Shown here: positions 63,075 to 64,000 of the stretch, piece after piece
Layout of the letters: each line of letters starts with the position of its first letter
Position numbering within the stretch: the first letter of the stretch is position 1
NCBI GenBank assembly: GCA_020631995.1
Contig: JACKGJ010000002.1
Location: 154,773-218,772, forward strand
Direction: 5' to 3'
DNA from: Candidatus Nomurabacteria bacterium
GTDB taxonomy: Bacteria > Patescibacteriota > Minisyncoccia > Phycocordibacterales > UBA918
DNA: 64,000 nucleotides
Notes under the pieces: generated by a model
Seen by the model: the letters and a program-made list of their open reading frames with translations, nothing else
What the model was told of the DNA's origin: nothing
Database searches by the model: none
Translations under genes and position numbers: made by a program

Positions 63075-63186
63075 GGGTGCCTCTCCTGTTTTCAATACAC
63101 CCCAAAATTGGGGTATTTCTGTCGTTGATTATGTCACAAAATGAGTAAAATAGCAAGATGTTATCCACACCTTCGCTTAATCAGTT

Positions 63187-63672
63187 CTATATTAGAAACA
63201 TCACCGCTAGCGGTATGACTAGCCACAGAAAACCTAGCTTCTCAGTCAGGAGGAATTCGGGTATTGGTGTACCAATATTAATGATTTCCCCCACCGGTAG
63301 GTAGTGTAGGCAAAGCGTCATCACTAACACCATCGCAGCCACAGCCAAGAAAATCTTCTTACCCAATGACTCAAAGGTACCTTCCAAATATTCACGGGGC
63401 ATCAAGCGAGAAAAAAGAATAGTGCCCAAGATTGAAAGTGTTACAAATATGGCCACCGACATCATAGCCTCACTCTTGTCACTCCCTGCCTTTTCTATCA
63501 GTGTATTTGTGAATGGAAAAAAGGAGTGCAGAAAGAGTCCGAAGTACATACCCATCATTACATTGATGAGTCCTTGGCGACCTTTAAACATTGCGATGCC
63601 GAGCGCAATACCGAAACTAGCCAGCAATAGTATCCATCCTTGAACGAATGAAAGGACATCAGCGAATTCCAT
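63187..63672 (-). CDS. small integral membrane protein, possibly CvpA-like
   Basis: 161 aa with four hydrophobic segments. The family assignment is tentative and rests only on size and topology. Confidence 0.45.
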   Translation of the reverse strand: MEFADVLSFVQGWILLLASFGIALGIAMFKGRQGLINVMMGMYFGLFLHSFFPFTNTLIEKAGSDKSEAMMSVAIFVTLSILGTILFSRLMPREYLEGTFESLGKKIFLAVAAMVLVMTLCLHYLPVGEIINIGTPIPEFLLTEKLGFLWLVIPLAVMFLI

Positions 63673-63733
63673 ATGAAAATTGTAGCACCAGAAGCCAGTA
63701 TGGAAGTGAGGAGGAGTTAATAAGTATCAAGAC

Positions 63734-63770
63734 AGAACAAAGCGCAAGGCTTCGCCTTGCGCTTTGTTCT
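63734..63770. terminator. terminator-like hairpin after dnaJ
   Basis: AGAACAAAGCGCAAGG-CTTC-GCCTTGCGCTTTGTTCT. Confidence 0.5.
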
Positions 63771-63798
63771 ACTTATTTCTTGTGACTACCGTTACTTT

Positions 63799-64000
63799 TT
63801 ATATACCTTCTCCTTTTAGTTCTTCAATCAGCTTCTTAGCATTTCGAGAAAGTTTGGTTGGTAGTTCTATTTCAATCTTTACCAAGAAGTCCCCACGACG
63901 GTTTCCTACCGGCACTCCCTTTTCTTTTATCCTTAATACTTCGTTGTGCTGAACATTTGCTGGGACAGTTATTGTGACCGGGCCGTCGAGTGTTTCAATC
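63799..64000 (-). CDS. dnaJ: chaperone DnaJ, C-terminal end (gene starts beyond the right window edge)
   Basis: Manual minus-strand translation gives IETLDGPVTITVPANVQHNEVLRIKEKGVPVGNRRGDFLVKIEIELPTKLSRNAKKLIEELKGEGI*. This is typical of DnaJ C-terminal domain II. Confidence 0.8.
   Translation of the reverse strand, partial: IETLDGPVTITVPANVQHNEVLRIKEKGVPVGNRRGDFLVKIEIELPTKLSRNAKKLIEELKGEGI

Overview
The window is about 42% G+C by eye and is gene-dense, with most genes on the minus strand. Nearly all of it is core information-processing and central-metabolism genes from a reduced-genome bacterium. The gene content resembles Candidate Phyla Radiation / Patescibacteria: domain-minimised aaRS and SMC, split transketolase, archaeal-type AspRS, scattered type IV pilins, a sortase and giant surface proteins. 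This placement is inference.

Recognisable genes:
- Replication and transcription: dnaG-rpoD, rpoB-rpoC, RNase R, RNase III, RNase HII, dnaE, gyrB, a short SMC and scpA.
- Translation: rpsP-khpA-trmD, a NusB-Nudix fusion, rpmF, thrS behind a T-box leader, pheST, tsf, rpsB, prfA, rpmE, rplY, aspS, trpS and tRNA-Thr(UGU).
- Metabolism and other: a pentose-phosphate/glycolysis cluster (rpiB, rpe-like, split tkt, gap), pepA, an orphan histidine kinase, a SET-domain protein and the 3' end of dnaJ.

I saw no rRNA, CRISPR array, transposase or integrase. TGA is used as a stop codon, so the standard code applies.

Main leads:
1. A dispersed family of hairpin-rich intergenic elements sharing GCTAG-containing boxes, with at least 8 loci in 64 kb. 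Copies show compensatory and G:U-compatible substitutions in their helices, occur in both orientations, and have modular or nested hairpin insertions. I cannot match them to any RNA family I know.
2. A compact threonine T-box is separated from thrS by a 214-bp element closed by a 19-bp helix (terminal inverted repeats).
3. G+C-richer orphan genes carry canonical Shine-Dalgarno sites, while core genes have none and are sometimes nearly leaderless.
4. A NUMOD3 / zinc-ribbon / PD-(D/E)XK nuclease gene starts 8 nt after tRNA-Thr.
5. Several core proteins have unusual architectures: DnaG lacks 3 of 4 zinc ligands, ThrRS lacks its editing domain, SMC has no hinge, NusB is fused to a Nudix domain, and sigma-70 has a long basic tail.

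All coordinates, motifs and alignments come from manual reading. No database search or computation was possible.
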